A DNA stretch of 64,000 nucleotides from Coleofasciculus chthonoplastes F2-STO-03 (GTDB lineage: Bacteria > Cyanobacteriota > Cyanobacteriia > Cyanobacteriales > Coleofasciculaceae), in contig JAVJWO010000046.1 of NCBI GenBank assembly GCA_040222015.1, positions 1 to 64,000 of the forward strand, in the 5' to 3' direction. The number at the start of each line of letters is the position of its first letter. Position 1 is the first letter of the stretch. The notes beneath the pieces were generated by a model that had not been told where the DNA came from, ran no database searches, and saw only the letters and a list, made by a program, of their open reading frames with translations. The position numbers and the translations under genes are program-made. Positions 11,917 to 23,391 of the stretch are shown here, one piece after another.

Positions 11917-14900
11917 CTAATCTTTATTAATTAAATTGACAATTTCTTCATAATTAAAATCTTCAGCCAATTTCATAGCTTGAATGGCAAAGGGAATATA
12001 GTCTGGATTTAAGTCCTGAAGGTTAAAAAGTCCCGCTTCAACTCCTGCTACATCCCCGGAACAAGCGGCTTCGTACAGGTCAACCAGTTGTTCTCGAGGC
12101 GGTATCACCATGTCTGATAAATTTATTTCCTGGTTATCCTGGGTTTCATCTTGGCGATAAACCCAGGATAAGTGTAAGTGATGTTGCAGTTTTGGGTGCA
12201 GTTCATCCCATTGAATCGGCTTAGTCAGGAAATCATTACACCCTGATTCTAAACTCTGACTCTGATTCGTGGCAAAAACATTGGCTGAAATGGCAAGAAT
12301 TGGCGTATCCTGAAACTCAGGAACTTGGCGCAATTGTTGCGTCATTTGATGACCATCCATTACAGGCATCACAATATCCACTAAGATTAAATCAGGTTGA
12401 AACTGGTGGGCTTTGTCTAATCCCTCTTGTCCATTCGTCGCTTCTACGACATTAAAGCCAATCGGTTCCAGCCTATTAACCAGAACGGCACGATTTTCCC
12501 ACCGATCATCAACAATTAAAATCTGGCGTGGCTCTCCCGTATAGCCAATAATCGTCTCTCTCGATTTTATCATCATTGGTTTGACCGCAGCGGAAACGTC
12601 CTGTAACTCGATATCAAACCAAAATCGACTCCCTAAACCTGGGGTACTTTCGACAAAAATTTGGCTATTCATCAGTGAGACAAGTTTCTGACTAATTGCC
12701 AGTCCCAACCCCGTTCCTTCCTCACGCTGTAACGAATGTACCACTTGCTCGAAGGATAAGAATATTTTCTCGATTTGGTCATAATTTATGCCAATTCCTG
12801 TATCTTCAACCTGGAAGCGAATTTTGCTATTTGTCCTTTGTCCTTGGTCAATTCTATTTATGCTAAAGGTAACAATACCTGTATCAGTAAATTTAATTGC
12901 ATTAGATAGCAAATTCATTAAAACTTGGCGCAGTCGTTTTTCATCGGCATAAATAATATCCGGGAGAGAGGGAGACGCCTGATAGGTAAACGTAATATCT
13001 TTTTGTTCGGCTTTGATGCGAAAGATATCAATTAAGCCAATTAGTAATGAAGAGAGATAAAAATATTGGGGATAGAGTTCCAGTTTATTGGCTTCAATCT
13101 TGGACAGGTCTAAAATATCATTAATCAGTGTCAGCAGATGTTGACCACATTTGTAGATAATATCAATCCCTTTCTGTTGTTGGCGGGTGAGGTTAGAATT
13201 TTGGTTGAGAATTTGGGCATACCCTAAAATTCCATTTAACGGGGTGCGGAGTTCATGACTCATATTTGCCAGGAACTGACTTTTTGCCCGGTTCGCGGTT
13301 TCTGCGGCATCTTTTGCCTGTTCTAAAGCGGCTGATGCGAGTTTGCGATCGCTAATATCGGTAAATGAACCAACCATGCGGTAAGGGTTACCATTTTCAT
13401 CGCGCAATGCATTGCCACAAAGGGCAAACCAACCGTAGGTTCCATCTGCCCGTTGGATACGAATTTCTACTTTATAGGGATGGTTGAATTCAAAATGATT
13501 CTGTAAGCTTTGGGTAAATCTATCTTGATCCTCTGGGTGTATTCGTTGAAAAAGTGATTGATAGGCATTCGCTTCTAAAGGTGTGGGAGGCAAACCTAGC
13601 AAACGATAAATTTTTTCTGACCAAACTGATGTATCATCCTGAATAGTCCAGTCCCAAATCCCCTCCGTTGTCGCCTCAATCACTAACCGCAGTCGCTCCT
13701 CACTTTGGCGTAAAGCTTCGGTTCGTTCGGCAATAGTTGCTTCTAAGGTTTGATGATAATTGGCTAAGGCTTGGTTTGAGGATTGCAAATTGGTAAAATA
13801 CTGTTGCAGTTGCACTGCCATAGTTTGGAACGAGGTTGCCAGTTGACCGATTTCATCAAAGCGTTTATTTGGAATCGGTTTATCCCATTCTCCCTTAGCA
13901 ATAGCTTGGGCTGATGTATTTAACTGAAGAATGGGTGTAGTCACCCAACGCACGGTAAGAATACCCATTCCAATGGCAATAGCCAAAGCCCCGATACAGA
14001 GTAAGAGGGTGAGGCGAGTATTAGCATAAATTTGCTGCATAAAATCAGCATCGGAAATAACCACCACAATCAGCCAGTCTAGTCCATAGTCATCCTGAAA
14101 CGGGGTGACTTGAACAAAGTAATTTTCGCTGTTTTGTTCAAAGTTAAGCGATTGGAATTGATTCAGATTGCTTAAATCCCCAAATTTAGCCAGTAAATTT
14201 TGGGTAGTGGCTTGAATGAGCGGATCATTAATTTGAGTCGCGCTAATCCGTTGAGCCGTTTTGGAGGTGTCTTGACCATAAACCGCTAAGGTATCAACTG
14301 AATCGGCAACCATTAATCCGTTTTTTTCGAGAATAAAGATTCTGCCATATTTCCCCACATTTAACGTTTGCAGAAACTCACTGACAGCAGCAAGGGATAA
14401 ATCGGTGGATAAAACGCCTTGGAGCGTTCCGGTTTGATCATAAAACGGATAACTCGCCGCAATTCCTAAACCTAAATCAGCGGGAATATAGAGATAAATC
14501 GGACTCCAGGTTGGTTTGCCTGCTGCCACAGCCGTTTGATAAAAGGGACGTTCTCTGGTATCATAACTATTTTTATTGACTAATGATTTCTGATGATTAC
14601 CCTGGCGATCAACACTATAGACCCGCAAATTTCCTTGGGTAAAATTGTCAGTCAAGGCAACGGAAAACCCGCGTTCATCATTCCCCGTTGAAACCAGTCC
14701 CCCCTGAGAGTTACTGAAATAAATGCGATTGAGAGAGTCAAAGACTTGGATTTGCTGCAAAAAGTGACGTTTTAAGCTACTCTGGTCTGTGATATCGAGT
14801 TGATTCAGACGGATAGCATTAGCGTTCGTAGCATTAATCTGATGCGGGGTTTGCAGGTACGTTTTCAGGCGTTCAGCCACGCGATCGCTAATTTCTGCTT

Positions 14901-15066
14901 CTAACTGAGTTGCCAAGTCACTCACGGCTTCCTCTCCATGGCGATAGGAGAGATATCCCACTAATCCTACGGTTCCTACAATTTGCAGAACAAAGGGGAC
15001 AATCAGAACCGTTCTCAGGGGAAGTTTTGCCGCAAGGTTAGTGAGAACGTTTTTGAGAAATGTCAT
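11917..15066 (-). CDS. Hybrid sensor kinase, Cache-HAMP-PAS-HisKA-HATPase-REC (paralog of the downstream kinase)
   Basis: Same N-terminal [27 protein letters not shown], one [14 protein letters not shown]-terminal REC. Confidence 0.92.
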   Translation of the reverse strand: MTFLKNVLTNLAAKLPLRTVLIVPFVLQIVGTVGLVGYLSYRHGEEAVSDLATQLEAEISDRVAERLKTYLQTPHQINATNANAIRLNQLDITDQSSLKRHFLQQIQVFDSLNRIYFSNSQGGLVSTGNDERGFSVALTDNFTQGNLRVYSVDRQGNHQKSLVNKNSYDTRERPFYQTAVAAGKPTWSPIYLYIPADLGLGIAASYPFYDQTGTLQGVLSTDLSLAAVSEFLQTLNVGKYGRIFILEKNGLMVADSVDTLAVYGQDTSKTAQRISATQINDPLIQATTQNLLAKFGDLSNLNQFQSLNFEQNSENYFVQVTPFQDDYGLDWLIVVVISDADFMQQIYANTRLTLLLCIGALAIAIGMGILTVRWVTTPILQLNTSAQAIAKGEWDKPIPNKRFDEIGQLATSFQTMAVQLQQYFTNLQSSNQALANYHQTLEATIAERTEALRQSEERLRLVIEATTEGIWDWTIQDDTSVWSEKIYRLLGLPPTPLEANAYQSLFQRIHPEDQDRFTQSLQNHFEFNHPYKVEIRIQRADGTYGWFALCGNALRDENGNPYRMVGSFTDISDRKLASAALEQAKDAAETANRAKSQFLANMSHELRTPLNGILGYAQILNQNSNLTRQQQKGIDIIYKCGQHLLTLINDILDLSKIEANKLELYPQYFYLSSLLIGLIDIFRIKAEQKDITFTYQASPSLPDIIYADEKRLRQVLMNLLSNAIKFTDTGIVTFSINRIDQGQRTNSKIRFQVEDTGIGINYDQIEKIFLSFEQVVHSLQREEGTGLGLAISQKLVSLMNSQIFVESTPGLGSRFWFDIELQDVSAAVKPMMIKSRETIIGYTGEPRQILIVDDRWENRAVLVNRLEPIGFNVVEATNGQEGLDKAHQFQPDLILVDIVMPVMDGHQMTQQLRQVPEFQDTPILAISANVFATNQSQSLESGCNDFLTKPIQWDELHPKLQHHLHLSWVYRQDETQDNQEINLSDMVIPPREQLVDLYEAACSGDVAGVEAGLFNLQDLNPDYIPFAIQAMKLAEDFNYEEIVNLINKD

Positions 15067-15247
15067 TTGTCATTTGTTGATTGTTCATTGGTAATCCTCT
15101 TCCCCTGCTCCCAGACTAGGTATGCTACGTCTCTACATTTACATTGCTCCCCCATCTCACCTATCCCTAGCAATCTTGGCGAAAGAAGGCACAGATTAGG
15201 CTTACTATTGGGTAGTTTCCCCTGTTGGGTTCACTACCTTCTGACAC

Positions 15248-16216
15248 ATGACTGAAGGATCACATCGCATTCAGACGAGTCGTCTGATACTATTTACAAC
15301 GCTTTGGCTAACTTTATTTATTCTATCGGTTAAAGTTTCTGCGGCTTGGGCGACGCGATCGCTGAGTCTTATGGCAGAATCGATGCAGACGTTACTGGTT
15401 AGCTTCAGTACCCTGCTAAGTTTATATAAGCTAATCGCCCATGAGCATCCCATCCGGCGATCGGTATATGGTCATGGTAAGTGGGAAACCATGATCCTAT
15501 TCTTACTGATTGGCTTTTTTGGGTTTACCGGATTAAATGTCTGGGGAATGTCAGCTCAACAATTATTGAACCAACCCTCAGACGACTGGCTAACGTTTCC
15601 CGTGCGGGTGAATTTACCCCTGATTCAATTACTCGCTGTTGTGGTAATTACCAATTTAGGATTGGTATTACTTGGACGGTATCAAGGGAAACAACTGAGA
15701 AGTGCTGCCTTAGGGTTTAATGCTCGACAACTGTTTTTGGATGTTTGCCTGACTCTGATTATACTCTTGGGACTTTTGGGCGTCCAGGCGGGGTTAGTAT
15801 GGCTGGATGTGGTGTTAGCCATTGTCCTCGTACCCGTCATCATCAGAAATTGCTGGCAAGTGATCAACTGGCAGTTTCCCCTACTTATTGAGCAAACCGC
15901 GATCGCTCCAGAAATTCTAGCGCAAATTGCTCATCAAGTTGGCGGAATTACACACTGTTATGATATTCAATCACGAGGAGTTGTCGGGCGTTATGTGTAT
16001 ATTCAAATGCACCTGATCATCCATCCTGAATTTGCTGGCGTAACCTCTTTACTGGTGGAACGAATTAAGGGGATGATTGAGGAGGAATATGGCCCAGTAC
16101 AGGTAACGTTTTATATTGATGATGACTTTACGGTAGCGGCAAATCGTCAGAGTTCAGGATTAATGTCTGATCAGAATCATGATAGTCAAAATAATCCTGA
16201 GTTCGGGGATTGGTAA
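15248..16216 (+). CDS. Cation diffusion facilitator (CDF/FieF-like) family transporter
   Basis: About six TM helices, YGHGKWE loop, C-terminal dimerisation-domain-like IQSRG...YIQMHLIIHP. Confidence 0.8.
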   Translation: MTEGSHRIQTSRLILFTTLWLTLFILSVKVSAAWATRSLSLMAESMQTLLVSFSTLLSLYKLIAHEHPIRRSVYGHGKWETMILFLLIGFFGFTGLNVWGMSAQQLLNQPSDDWLTFPVRVNLPLIQLLAVVVITNLGLVLLGRYQGKQLRSAALGFNARQLFLDVCLTLIILLGLLGVQAGLVWLDVVLAIVLVPVIIRNCWQVINWQFPLLIEQTAIAPEILAQIAHQVGGITHCYDIQSRGVVGRYVYIQMHLIIHPEFAGVTSLLVERIKGMIEEEYGPVQVTFYIDDDFTVAANRQSSGLMSDQNHDSQNNPEFGDW

Positions 16217-16276
16217 TTTGTCGTCATTGGTCATTTGTCATTGGTCATTTGTCATTTGCGATAATTGAACGGTTAG

Positions 16277-16373
16277 GTAGGGGCGGGTGTAGGGTGCGTT
16301 AGCGTTCGCGAAGCGTTCCCGCAGGGTAGCGTAACGCACCATTTCAAAAGTTAGTAGTAAAACCCGCCCCTAC
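16277..16373. repeat. Nested GTAG-type REP-like palindromes
   Basis: Outer GTAGGGGCGGGT...ACCCGCCCCTAC enclosing inner GTAGGGTGCGTTA...TAACGCACC. Confidence 0.75.
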
Positions 16374-16429
16374 AAAAGATGTTTCATCGGAACGCCTATT
16401 CTCCCCCTGCTTCCCCTGCTTCCCCTGCT

Positions 16430-16966
16430 TCACCCATTTCCCTTATCTTCCTCATCTTCCTTATCACCCTCATCTTCCTCATCTTCCTCATCCGGAAGAG
16501 TAATATTATACTTTTCTAATTGATCCTGTAACTTGGCTTCCCGTTTCTCCATGTCTTGCTGTTGGAGTTTTAATTCAATTTCCAAGGCTTGAATATTTTC
16601 GCGACGGGCTTCCATTTCAGCCCGCTGACGAGTTAAATCTTGACTTTGTAGCGTCAAATCTTGTCGCCATTGTTCTGTGCGGGTCACTTCTTCCTGTAAG
16701 AACATGGGCGTAATTCCGATAGTTAGATATCGGTGGACGAAGTTTAATACCCACTCCTTAGCAGATTGAATATCCAGAACCTCTTGATTGTCAGAAATGT
16801 CTACCAACACTAACGAGCCTTGATGAAAGGAGTTCGCACCATCCAGCGAAATGCTTTCTGGTGGATTAATGACTGCCCAGCAATCATCAGATTCTTGACG
16901 GGCTAGCAATTGGAGTTCAACTTTGCCGTCCTTGTCGTTGTTTTGCACTTCACCAAGATGTAGCAT
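16430..16966 (-). CDS. Hypothetical coiled-coil protein
   Basis: 178-aa ORF with a C-terminal coiled coil and acidic tail, downstream of valS. Confidence 0.75.
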   Translation of the reverse strand: MLHLGEVQNNDKDGKVELQLLARQESDDCWAVINPPESISLDGANSFHQGSLVLVDISDNQEVLDIQSAKEWVLNFVHRYLTIGITPMFLQEEVTRTEQWRQDLTLQSQDLTRQRAEMEARRENIQALEIELKLQQQDMEKREAKLQDQLEKYNITLPDEEDEEDEGDKEDEEDKGNG

Positions 16967-17034
16967 AGCCTGTTAGTTGTTGGTCGTTAATGAGCAAGGA
17001 ATTGATTTTCACGAAGGAATAATTTATCATCGTT

Positions 17035-19821
17035 TTAAAGTCGCTTGAGGCGATCGCGCAAAATTTCGGCTTGATGCATAGACTCGCTCAATGCATCTTT
17101 AGCACCTTGAACAATATCGGCGGGGGCTTTGTTGACAAAGTTTTTATTCGCCAAACGACTAGACAGAGATTTGACTTCAGCATCGATTTTACTGAGATCT
17201 TTTTCTAACTTAGCGCGAAGTGTTTCGACATCGACTAATCCGGCTAGAGGAATAATCAGTTGAACAGTGCCAATTACACCTGCCATTGTGGTTTTTAGTT
17301 CTTCGGTTAAGGCTGGCACAATCGTCAAGGTATCGACTTTACCTAAGTCTTGCAGGTAGGATTCACCTTTCTGTAAAATCTCCCGTTCATCCGGATTTTC
17401 ACTTTGCAAAATCACCGGGGCTTTTGTCTTCGGTTTTACACCCGCTTCTGCACGCAGGTTACGGATGGTGCGGATTGCACCAATGAGTAACTCGAACTGC
17501 TTTTCTAGGTCTTGATTGATGGGAAATGCACCAAGTTCGGTTTCCAAGTCGGGTAGCGCGGGATAGGGTTGTAGCGCTAAACACTCGTCCATTTTTTGAG
17601 TTAAGGTATGCCAGATTTCTTCGGTAATATGCGGCATAAACGGATGCAACAGTTTCAGGATGCCATCGAGGACATGCGCCAGAGTTTGCTGGGCGATTTG
17701 CCGTGATTGGGTTCCCTGCTGTCGTAACCGTTGTTTAACCAGTTCAATATACCAGTCACAAAAGTCACCCCAGATAAAGTCATAGAGTCCCTTGGCGGCT
17801 TCTCCTAAACCGTAATGATCGAGATCCTGACGGGTTTGAGTGACAACTTGATAAAAGCGAGAGAGAATCCAGCGATCGCTTAATTCTAATGTATCCCGTT
17901 CCTGTGCCAATGGCGAACCCAAAGCTTGGGGCGATTTACCATCCAGGTTCATCATTACAAACCGTGCCGCATTCCACAGTTTATTGGCAAAGTTGCGCGA
18001 GGCTTCTACGGATGCGGATGCATCGGTTTGGCGATTGTACTCTAAACGAATATCTTGACCCGCACCCGCAACTTCTCGGATTAAGGTATAGCGTAGTGCA
18101 TCGGTTCCATATTTCTCGATTAAGATCAGCGGATCAATACCATTATTTGCCGACTTGGACATCTTTTTGTTATTTTCATCCCGAACTAAGCCGTGGATGT
18201 AAACCGTCTGAAATGGCATTTGATCGGTAAAATATCCGCCCATCATTGTCATCCTGGCAACCCAGAAAAAGATGATATCAAAGCCAGTAACCAACACGGT
18301 GGTGGGATAGTACGTCTCTAAATCCTTTGTTTGTTGGGGCCAGCCCATGGTGGAGAAGGGCCACAAGCCGGAGGAAAACCAAGTGTCGAGGACATCGGGG
18401 TCTTGGATGAGTTTGACAGATTCGCCAAATTGTGATTTTGCTTTTTCTAAGGCTTCTGCCTCACTATGAGCCACAATAAACGGTGTCGTATCGGTAATTT
18501 GTCCCCCGGTTTCACTGACGGCATACCAAGCGGGAATTTGATGTCCCCACCAGAGTTGGCGAGAAATGCACCAGTCCTCTAATTTAACTAACCAGTCCCG
18601 GTAAACTTTTGTCCAGCGATCGGGGACAAAATTGGGGGAGTTATGCTGATCCAGCGATTCCAGGGCTTTATCCGCCAGGGGACGAATCTTGACAAACCAT
18701 TGGGTAGATAATAGGGGTTCAACGGGGACTTTGCCGCGATCGCTATAGGGAACGGTATGATGGTAGTCTTCAACTTTAACTAGACATCCATCCGCCTCGA
18801 GGCGCTGCACCACATTTTTCCGTGCCACAAATCGGTCTTGTCCTTGAAACTCGCCCGCATTTTCATTCAGCGTGCCATCTTTATTCAGAATAGTAATAAA
18901 GGGCAAGTCATGGCGTTTACCCATCTCAAAGTCATTGGGATCATGGGCGGGTGTAACTTTGACGCAGCCTGTCCCGAAGCTAGGGTCAACTAACTCATCT
19001 CCAATCACCGGAATCTCTCGCCCCATAATCGGCAAGGTCAAGGTTTTGCCAATTAAATGCTGATAGCGTTCATCCTTCGGATTAACCGCCACCGCCGTAT
19101 CCCCCAGCATGGTTTCCGGGCGAGTTGTCGCCACTTCCACTGACCCATTTCCCTCAGTCAGGGGATAACGAAAATGCCACAGATGACCATTAACCTCCTT
19201 ATTTTCCACCTCCAAATCCGAAACCGCTGACTGGGATTGGGGACACCAATTCACCATATACTCACCCCGGTAAATCAGTCCGGCGTCATAGAGTTGGACA
19301 AAGGCTTCCAGCACAGCATTAGACAAGCCTTCGTCCATGGTGAACCGTTCCCGCGACCAATCCACCGACACACCCAAGCGACGTAGTTGGTTAACAATCC
19401 AACCCCCTGATTCTTCCTTCCATTGCCAAGCGCGATTCAGATAGGTTTCCCGTCCTACATCTTGACGAGTTTTGCCTTCAGCTTTCAGTTGCCGATCTAA
19501 GATTGTGGACACCGCAATACTGGCATGGTCAGTCCCCGGAACCCACAGCGTATTAAACCCCTTCATCCGGTTATAGCGGACGAGGATATCCATAATCGTT
19601 TGTCCCAAGGCGTGACCCATGTGCAGGCTACCTGTGACATTGGGCGGTGGAATCACCATTGAATAGGGTTCACCACCTTGTTCTGGGTGGGCTTGAAAAA
19701 CGCCCTGTTCTTCCCAAAACCGCTGCCATTTGCCTTCAGTGGTCGTGGGATCGTATTGAGTGGGTAGGGAGGAAGTGATTGCTGTCATTAGAGTCTTGGG
19801 TTTTACGTTTAATTTTGCCAT
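17035..19821 (-). CDS. valS: Valine--tRNA ligase
   Basis: [13 protein letters not shown] (HIGH motif), [17 protein letters not shown]-terminal coiled coil. Confidence 0.98.
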   Translation of the reverse strand: MAKLNVKPKTLMTAITSSLPTQYDPTTTEGKWQRFWEEQGVFQAHPEQGGEPYSMVIPPPNVTGSLHMGHALGQTIMDILVRYNRMKGFNTLWVPGTDHASIAVSTILDRQLKAEGKTRQDVGRETYLNRAWQWKEESGGWIVNQLRRLGVSVDWSRERFTMDEGLSNAVLEAFVQLYDAGLIYRGEYMVNWCPQSQSAVSDLEVENKEVNGHLWHFRYPLTEGNGSVEVATTRPETMLGDTAVAVNPKDERYQHLIGKTLTLPIMGREIPVIGDELVDPSFGTGCVKVTPAHDPNDFEMGKRHDLPFITILNKDGTLNENAGEFQGQDRFVARKNVVQRLEADGCLVKVEDYHHTVPYSDRGKVPVEPLLSTQWFVKIRPLADKALESLDQHNSPNFVPDRWTKVYRDWLVKLEDWCISRQLWWGHQIPAWYAVSETGGQITDTTPFIVAHSEAEALEKAKSQFGESVKLIQDPDVLDTWFSSGLWPFSTMGWPQQTKDLETYYPTTVLVTGFDIIFFWVARMTMMGGYFTDQMPFQTVYIHGLVRDENNKKMSKSANNGIDPLILIEKYGTDALRYTLIREVAGAGQDIRLEYNRQTDASASVEASRNFANKLWNAARFVMMNLDGKSPQALGSPLAQERDTLELSDRWILSRFYQVVTQTRQDLDHYGLGEAAKGLYDFIWGDFCDWYIELVKQRLRQQGTQSRQIAQQTLAHVLDGILKLLHPFMPHITEEIWHTLTQKMDECLALQPYPALPDLETELGAFPINQDLEKQFELLIGAIRTIRNLRAEAGVKPKTKAPVILQSENPDEREILQKGESYLQDLGKVDTLTIVPALTEELKTTMAGVIGTVQLIIPLAGLVDVETLRAKLEKDLSKIDAEVKSLSSRLANKNFVNKAPADIVQGAKDALSESMHQAEILRDRLKRL

Positions 19822-19984
19822 ACCCGACGACGGGGTTTGGGGTTCACTGAGGTTAAATTTAAAAAATAGATGAATTAAGTTTTGTTATTTTTTCAGACCA
19901 CGATAAGATATAAAAGCCTCATGCCGAGACCCGATTATACAGAAGCAAGAGGCAATTGCCTTTGTGCCACTTTGGGGTTAGCTT

Positions 19985-20503
19985 ATGAAACACACCCTTT
20001 CCGTTTTAGTCGAAGATGAAGCCGGCGTTTTAACTCGCATCGCTGGTTTATTTGCCCGTCGCGGCTTCAATATTGAAAGTCTCGCCGTTGGTCCAGCTGA
20101 AAAAGTTGGGATTTCCCGGATTACGATGGTAGTGCCTGGGGATGAGCGATCGATTGAGCAACTCACCAAGCAACTCTACAAGTTGATCAATGTGATCAAG
20201 GTTCAAGAGATTACCACGACTCCTTGTGTAGAACGGGAATTAATGTTGATCAAAGTCAACGGCACCAGTTCCACGCGATCGGAGATTATTGAACTTGCCC
20301 AAGTATTCCGGGCGCGGGTGGTCGATATTGCCGAAGATTCCCTGACGATTGAAGTTGTGGGAGACCCTGGAAAAATGGTCGCGATCGTCCAGATTTTGAG
20401 CAAGTTTGGACTTCGGGAAGTCGCCCGGACTGGAAAAATTGCCCTGATCCGCGAATCCGGTGTCAATACCGAATATCTCAAGTCCCTAGAAGCCAAAGTA
20501 TAG
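19985..20503 (+). CDS. ilvN: Acetolactate synthase small (regulatory) subunit
   Basis: ACT domain [44 protein letters not shown]. Confidence 0.97.
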   Translation: MKHTLSVLVEDEAGVLTRIAGLFARRGFNIESLAVGPAEKVGISRITMVVPGDERSIEQLTKQLYKLINVIKVQEITTTPCVERELMLIKVNGTSSTRSEIIELAQVFRARVVDIAEDSLTIEVVGDPGKMVAIVQILSKFGLREVARTGKIALIRESGVNTEYLKSLEAKV

Positions 20504-20792
20504 CTGAAAACCCGAACCCCCACTCAGTTATTGACACCCTTGGGGAGGTGAGAAAGGAGACACCCCCTTTTATTCATCTGTAGGGGTTCATCTGTAGGGG
20601 TTCATCTGTAGGGGCGGGTTTAGGAATTACGTTGTCCGATTAATGATAACCTTTGTTCAAAACCCGCCCTTTCTCAGTTTCCCCAAAGCAGGAAATTGGG
20701 AATTGGGAAATTGGTGATTAGTGACAGGAAAAATCAGGAAAAATTCTCCCCCAGCTTCCCTAGCTCCCCCAGCTCCCCCAGCTCCCCCAGCT

Positions 20793-22280
20793 CTAAGAGT
20801 CCGATTGCTCGATCGCCTGTGCCACCTGCAACGCCTCAATCAGTTGAGCCATAGCATATTCTAAATGAGCGCCAGCATCAACCGCCACCCAACCATCGGT
20901 GGTTTGATGACGCCATTCAAAGTGAAGATGGGGACCCGTGGAAAATCCGGTGCTACCAACCAGCCCAATCACATTACCCTGATCCACCGATTCACCCGGT
21001 TGCACAAAAACTTCTGACAAGTGAGCATAGCGGCTTTCCTGAGTCCCTTCCTCATGGCGCAAAATCACCGTTAGTCCGTAGCCACCTAAGTAATCAGCCG
21101 TAGCCACCTCACCCGGAGCCACCGCCAAAACAGGTGTCCCTGTCGGGGCGGCGATATCGGTACCCGCATGGAAACGAGATGTCCCCGTAATCGGATGGGT
21201 GCGCCACCCGAATGCTGAGCTAATTGCCGACGGAATGGTTAAGGGGAAAATAAAGCTGGCATTACCGACGATAGTACGTCCCTGGGGTCGGTTGGAGAAA
21301 TTATAGTAAGTCAGACCCGTGGGAGTGGTTTTAGATGATGCCGTTGGGGATAGAGAGGAGACAGGAGGACGGCGCGTAAACTGTCTGCCCCCAGAATTGC
21401 CAGACACGGCAACCCGTTGAACTGACCGGACTGGGTGTCTAACATTGGCGTTGACAGCAACTGGAGGTGTAGGGACATTGGCGTTGACAGCAACTGGAGG
21501 TGTAGGGAGTCGAGTTCCGGCTGATGTTGCTCTTTGGGGTTGAGGGGGTTGAGGTTGAATCCGCCCTGCCACTGTTCGTGATGTTGGCCTCGCTTGACCC
21601 CCACAACTCCCACTCGTCAATCGTCCATTGCGTGATACAGTTTGACACCCTGTTGACCGCTCCGTCACAACCACAGTCGGTTTTTCAGTTCCCCGCGTTG
21701 CCCCCAGACTATAGTTCGTCGGATCAATATAGCTATTATTCGGCGCGGCTGGAGTTTGAGTCGCTGTCTGAGCCGGGGAAGGATTAACAATAACTTTTGG
21801 GGGTTTGGCTAAGGTAGTGGGAGCCGGAATGGATAAATTCGGCGCGTTCAGTCTGGGTTTTGCCGCCGGGGGCGTCGCCACTCTCGGTGTGGGTGCAGCC
21901 GGAGCCGGGGCTGGAGGCTTGCTAATAGTAACCGGTGCAGGAGCAGCCGGTTTAGGCGCTGGGGGAGCTGGGGGTCGATAAGCAGGTTTTGGTGCAGGGG
22001 CTGGGGCTGGCGGTGCAACAATAGCTTGTGGTGCAGCCGGTTTAGGCTGGGCGGGAGGGGCTGGGGGGGGCGGGGTAAATTTAATCGCTGGGGGAGCAGG
22101 CGGTGCGGCTGGGGCTGCGCCTGCGTCGATTGGTGCATCAGTTTGAGCAACGACTAAACCACTACTGAGAACACCAAGTCCTCCCATCACACTGATGCCC
22201 TGCTTCAGCCAGGGATACCGATAAAATACGCCCGTTGGGGTGGAATTGGCGACGGTTTGTTTATTCATTTTGCGACTCAC
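20793..22280 (-). CDS. M23 family metallopeptidase with Pro-rich N-terminal region
   Basis: HAGTD, YAHLS and STGPHLHFE motifs; internal 33-bp duplication (PTPPVAVNANV x2). Confidence 0.92.
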   Translation of the reverse strand: MSRKMNKQTVANSTPTGVFYRYPWLKQGISVMGGLGVLSSGLVVAQTDAPIDAGAAPAAPPAPPAIKFTPPPPAPPAQPKPAAPQAIVAPPAPAPAPKPAYRPPAPPAPKPAAPAPVTISKPPAPAPAAPTPRVATPPAAKPRLNAPNLSIPAPTTLAKPPKVIVNPSPAQTATQTPAAPNNSYIDPTNYSLGATRGTEKPTVVVTERSTGCQTVSRNGRLTSGSCGGQARPTSRTVAGRIQPQPPQPQRATSAGTRLPTPPVAVNANVPTPPVAVNANVRHPVRSVQRVAVSGNSGGRQFTRRPPVSSLSPTASSKTTPTGLTYYNFSNRPQGRTIVGNASFIFPLTIPSAISSAFGWRTHPITGTSRFHAGTDIAAPTGTPVLAVAPGEVATADYLGGYGLTVILRHEEGTQESRYAHLSEVFVQPGESVDQGNVIGLVGSTGFSTGPHLHFEWRHQTTDGWVAVDAGAHLEYAMAQLIEALQVAQAIEQSDS

Positions 22281-22413
22281 TCCTCATGGCTCACTCTTAA
22301 TCTAATATCGAGTAAAAATTTTTAGTCAATTTAAGGAAATTTAATTAGGCAAGAACACCGATTCCGTAATTCAAACAACTCATACTCAACCCAGTAACAT
22401 TTAACTTTGGGAC

Positions 22414-23274
22414 TCAAGGCACTTCTTGAGAATAACCCAGACTAATTGTACCGGGCTTGAGGTGAATTTCGGGACTGATGGTGGTATCAGCATTTGTATC
22501 CATTGCCTGTGCTGAGTTTACGCTAACTCTTAGATCACCCGTTGACGTGACGCCTTTAACAATGCCACGATGTCCGTTGACCTGAATCGAGACTCCCTGA
22601 TGAAACAGTAACCCTTGATAGGACAACCGTAAATTATCAATGCCTGATTCTAACCCATAGTGGTATCCCGATCGCAATCCCTGGATCACGATTGCGGCTA
22701 ACCTTTCTAGGGAGGTTACGGATGGACTCATGGATTGAGTCGCAAAAAAGGATTGTAAATTAATCCCTGTGTCTGGCACAGGATTACTCCAGTTAATGCC
22801 TACCCCAATCACCGCTTTAGTAATCTGCCCCTGAGACAGTCGAGTTTCGGTGAGAATCCCCCCCAACTTATCACCCAACAACAGCAGGTCATTATGCCAT
22901 TTAATCAGGACAGGAATACCATAGCATCTTAACGCTGTAGCAATACCCCAAGCACTGCACATCGTTAGCTGGGCGCTATTGGATGCTTCCACATTCGTGG
23001 TTAAAGCCAACGATAAGTATAGCCCACCCTGCTCCGATTGCCATTGTCGTCCCCACTGTCCTCGTCCAGCCGTCTGTTGAGCCGCGATAACAACGGTAGG
23101 AGGTGAGGTTCCTCTATCCAGCAATTCCCAGAGGGTTTGATTAGTAGACGATAGGCTGTCAAATAAGTAGATAGGACAATCCCCGATATCTTGAAGTCCT
23201 GGGAGTCCAGAGTGGGATAGCTGTGGCGTGACGGTTTGCAGGGCTATTTCCAGAGTTTGTTGATTAAGTACCAC
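22414..23274 (-). CDS. birA: Biotin--[acetyl-CoA-carboxylase] ligase
   Basis: SSTN, QTAGRGQWGRQW, IKWHNDL, KLGGILTE, IGVGIN motifs. Confidence 0.93.
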   Translation of the reverse strand: MVLNQQTLEIALQTVTPQLSHSGLPGLQDIGDCPIYLFDSLSSTNQTLWELLDRGTSPPTVVIAAQQTAGRGQWGRQWQSEQGGLYLSLALTTNVEASNSAQLTMCSAWGIATALRCYGIPVLIKWHNDLLLLGDKLGGILTETRLSQGQITKAVIGVGINWSNPVPDTGINLQSFFATQSMSPSVTSLERLAAIVIQGLRSGYHYGLESGIDNLRLSYQGLLFHQGVSIQVNGHRGIVKGVTSTGDLRVSVNSAQAMDTNADTTISPEIHLKPGTISLGYSQEVP

Positions 23275-23391
23275 TACAGCTTAAAGATTAGCTAAGCTAG
23301 CCTATTGTACTCCTGACCTTCCCTTGATGGAATAGTATTTCCTATGTAAATTTTCTGGGACACAGCAGACAATGAACAATGAACCCGTAGC

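Noticed and set aside
1160..13360. Recurrent TTTGCGATCGCTAAT motif in the kinase genes
   Set aside because: It is the PAS C-terminal (D/N)ISDRK codon string containing HIP1, ordinary in cyanobacterial kinases
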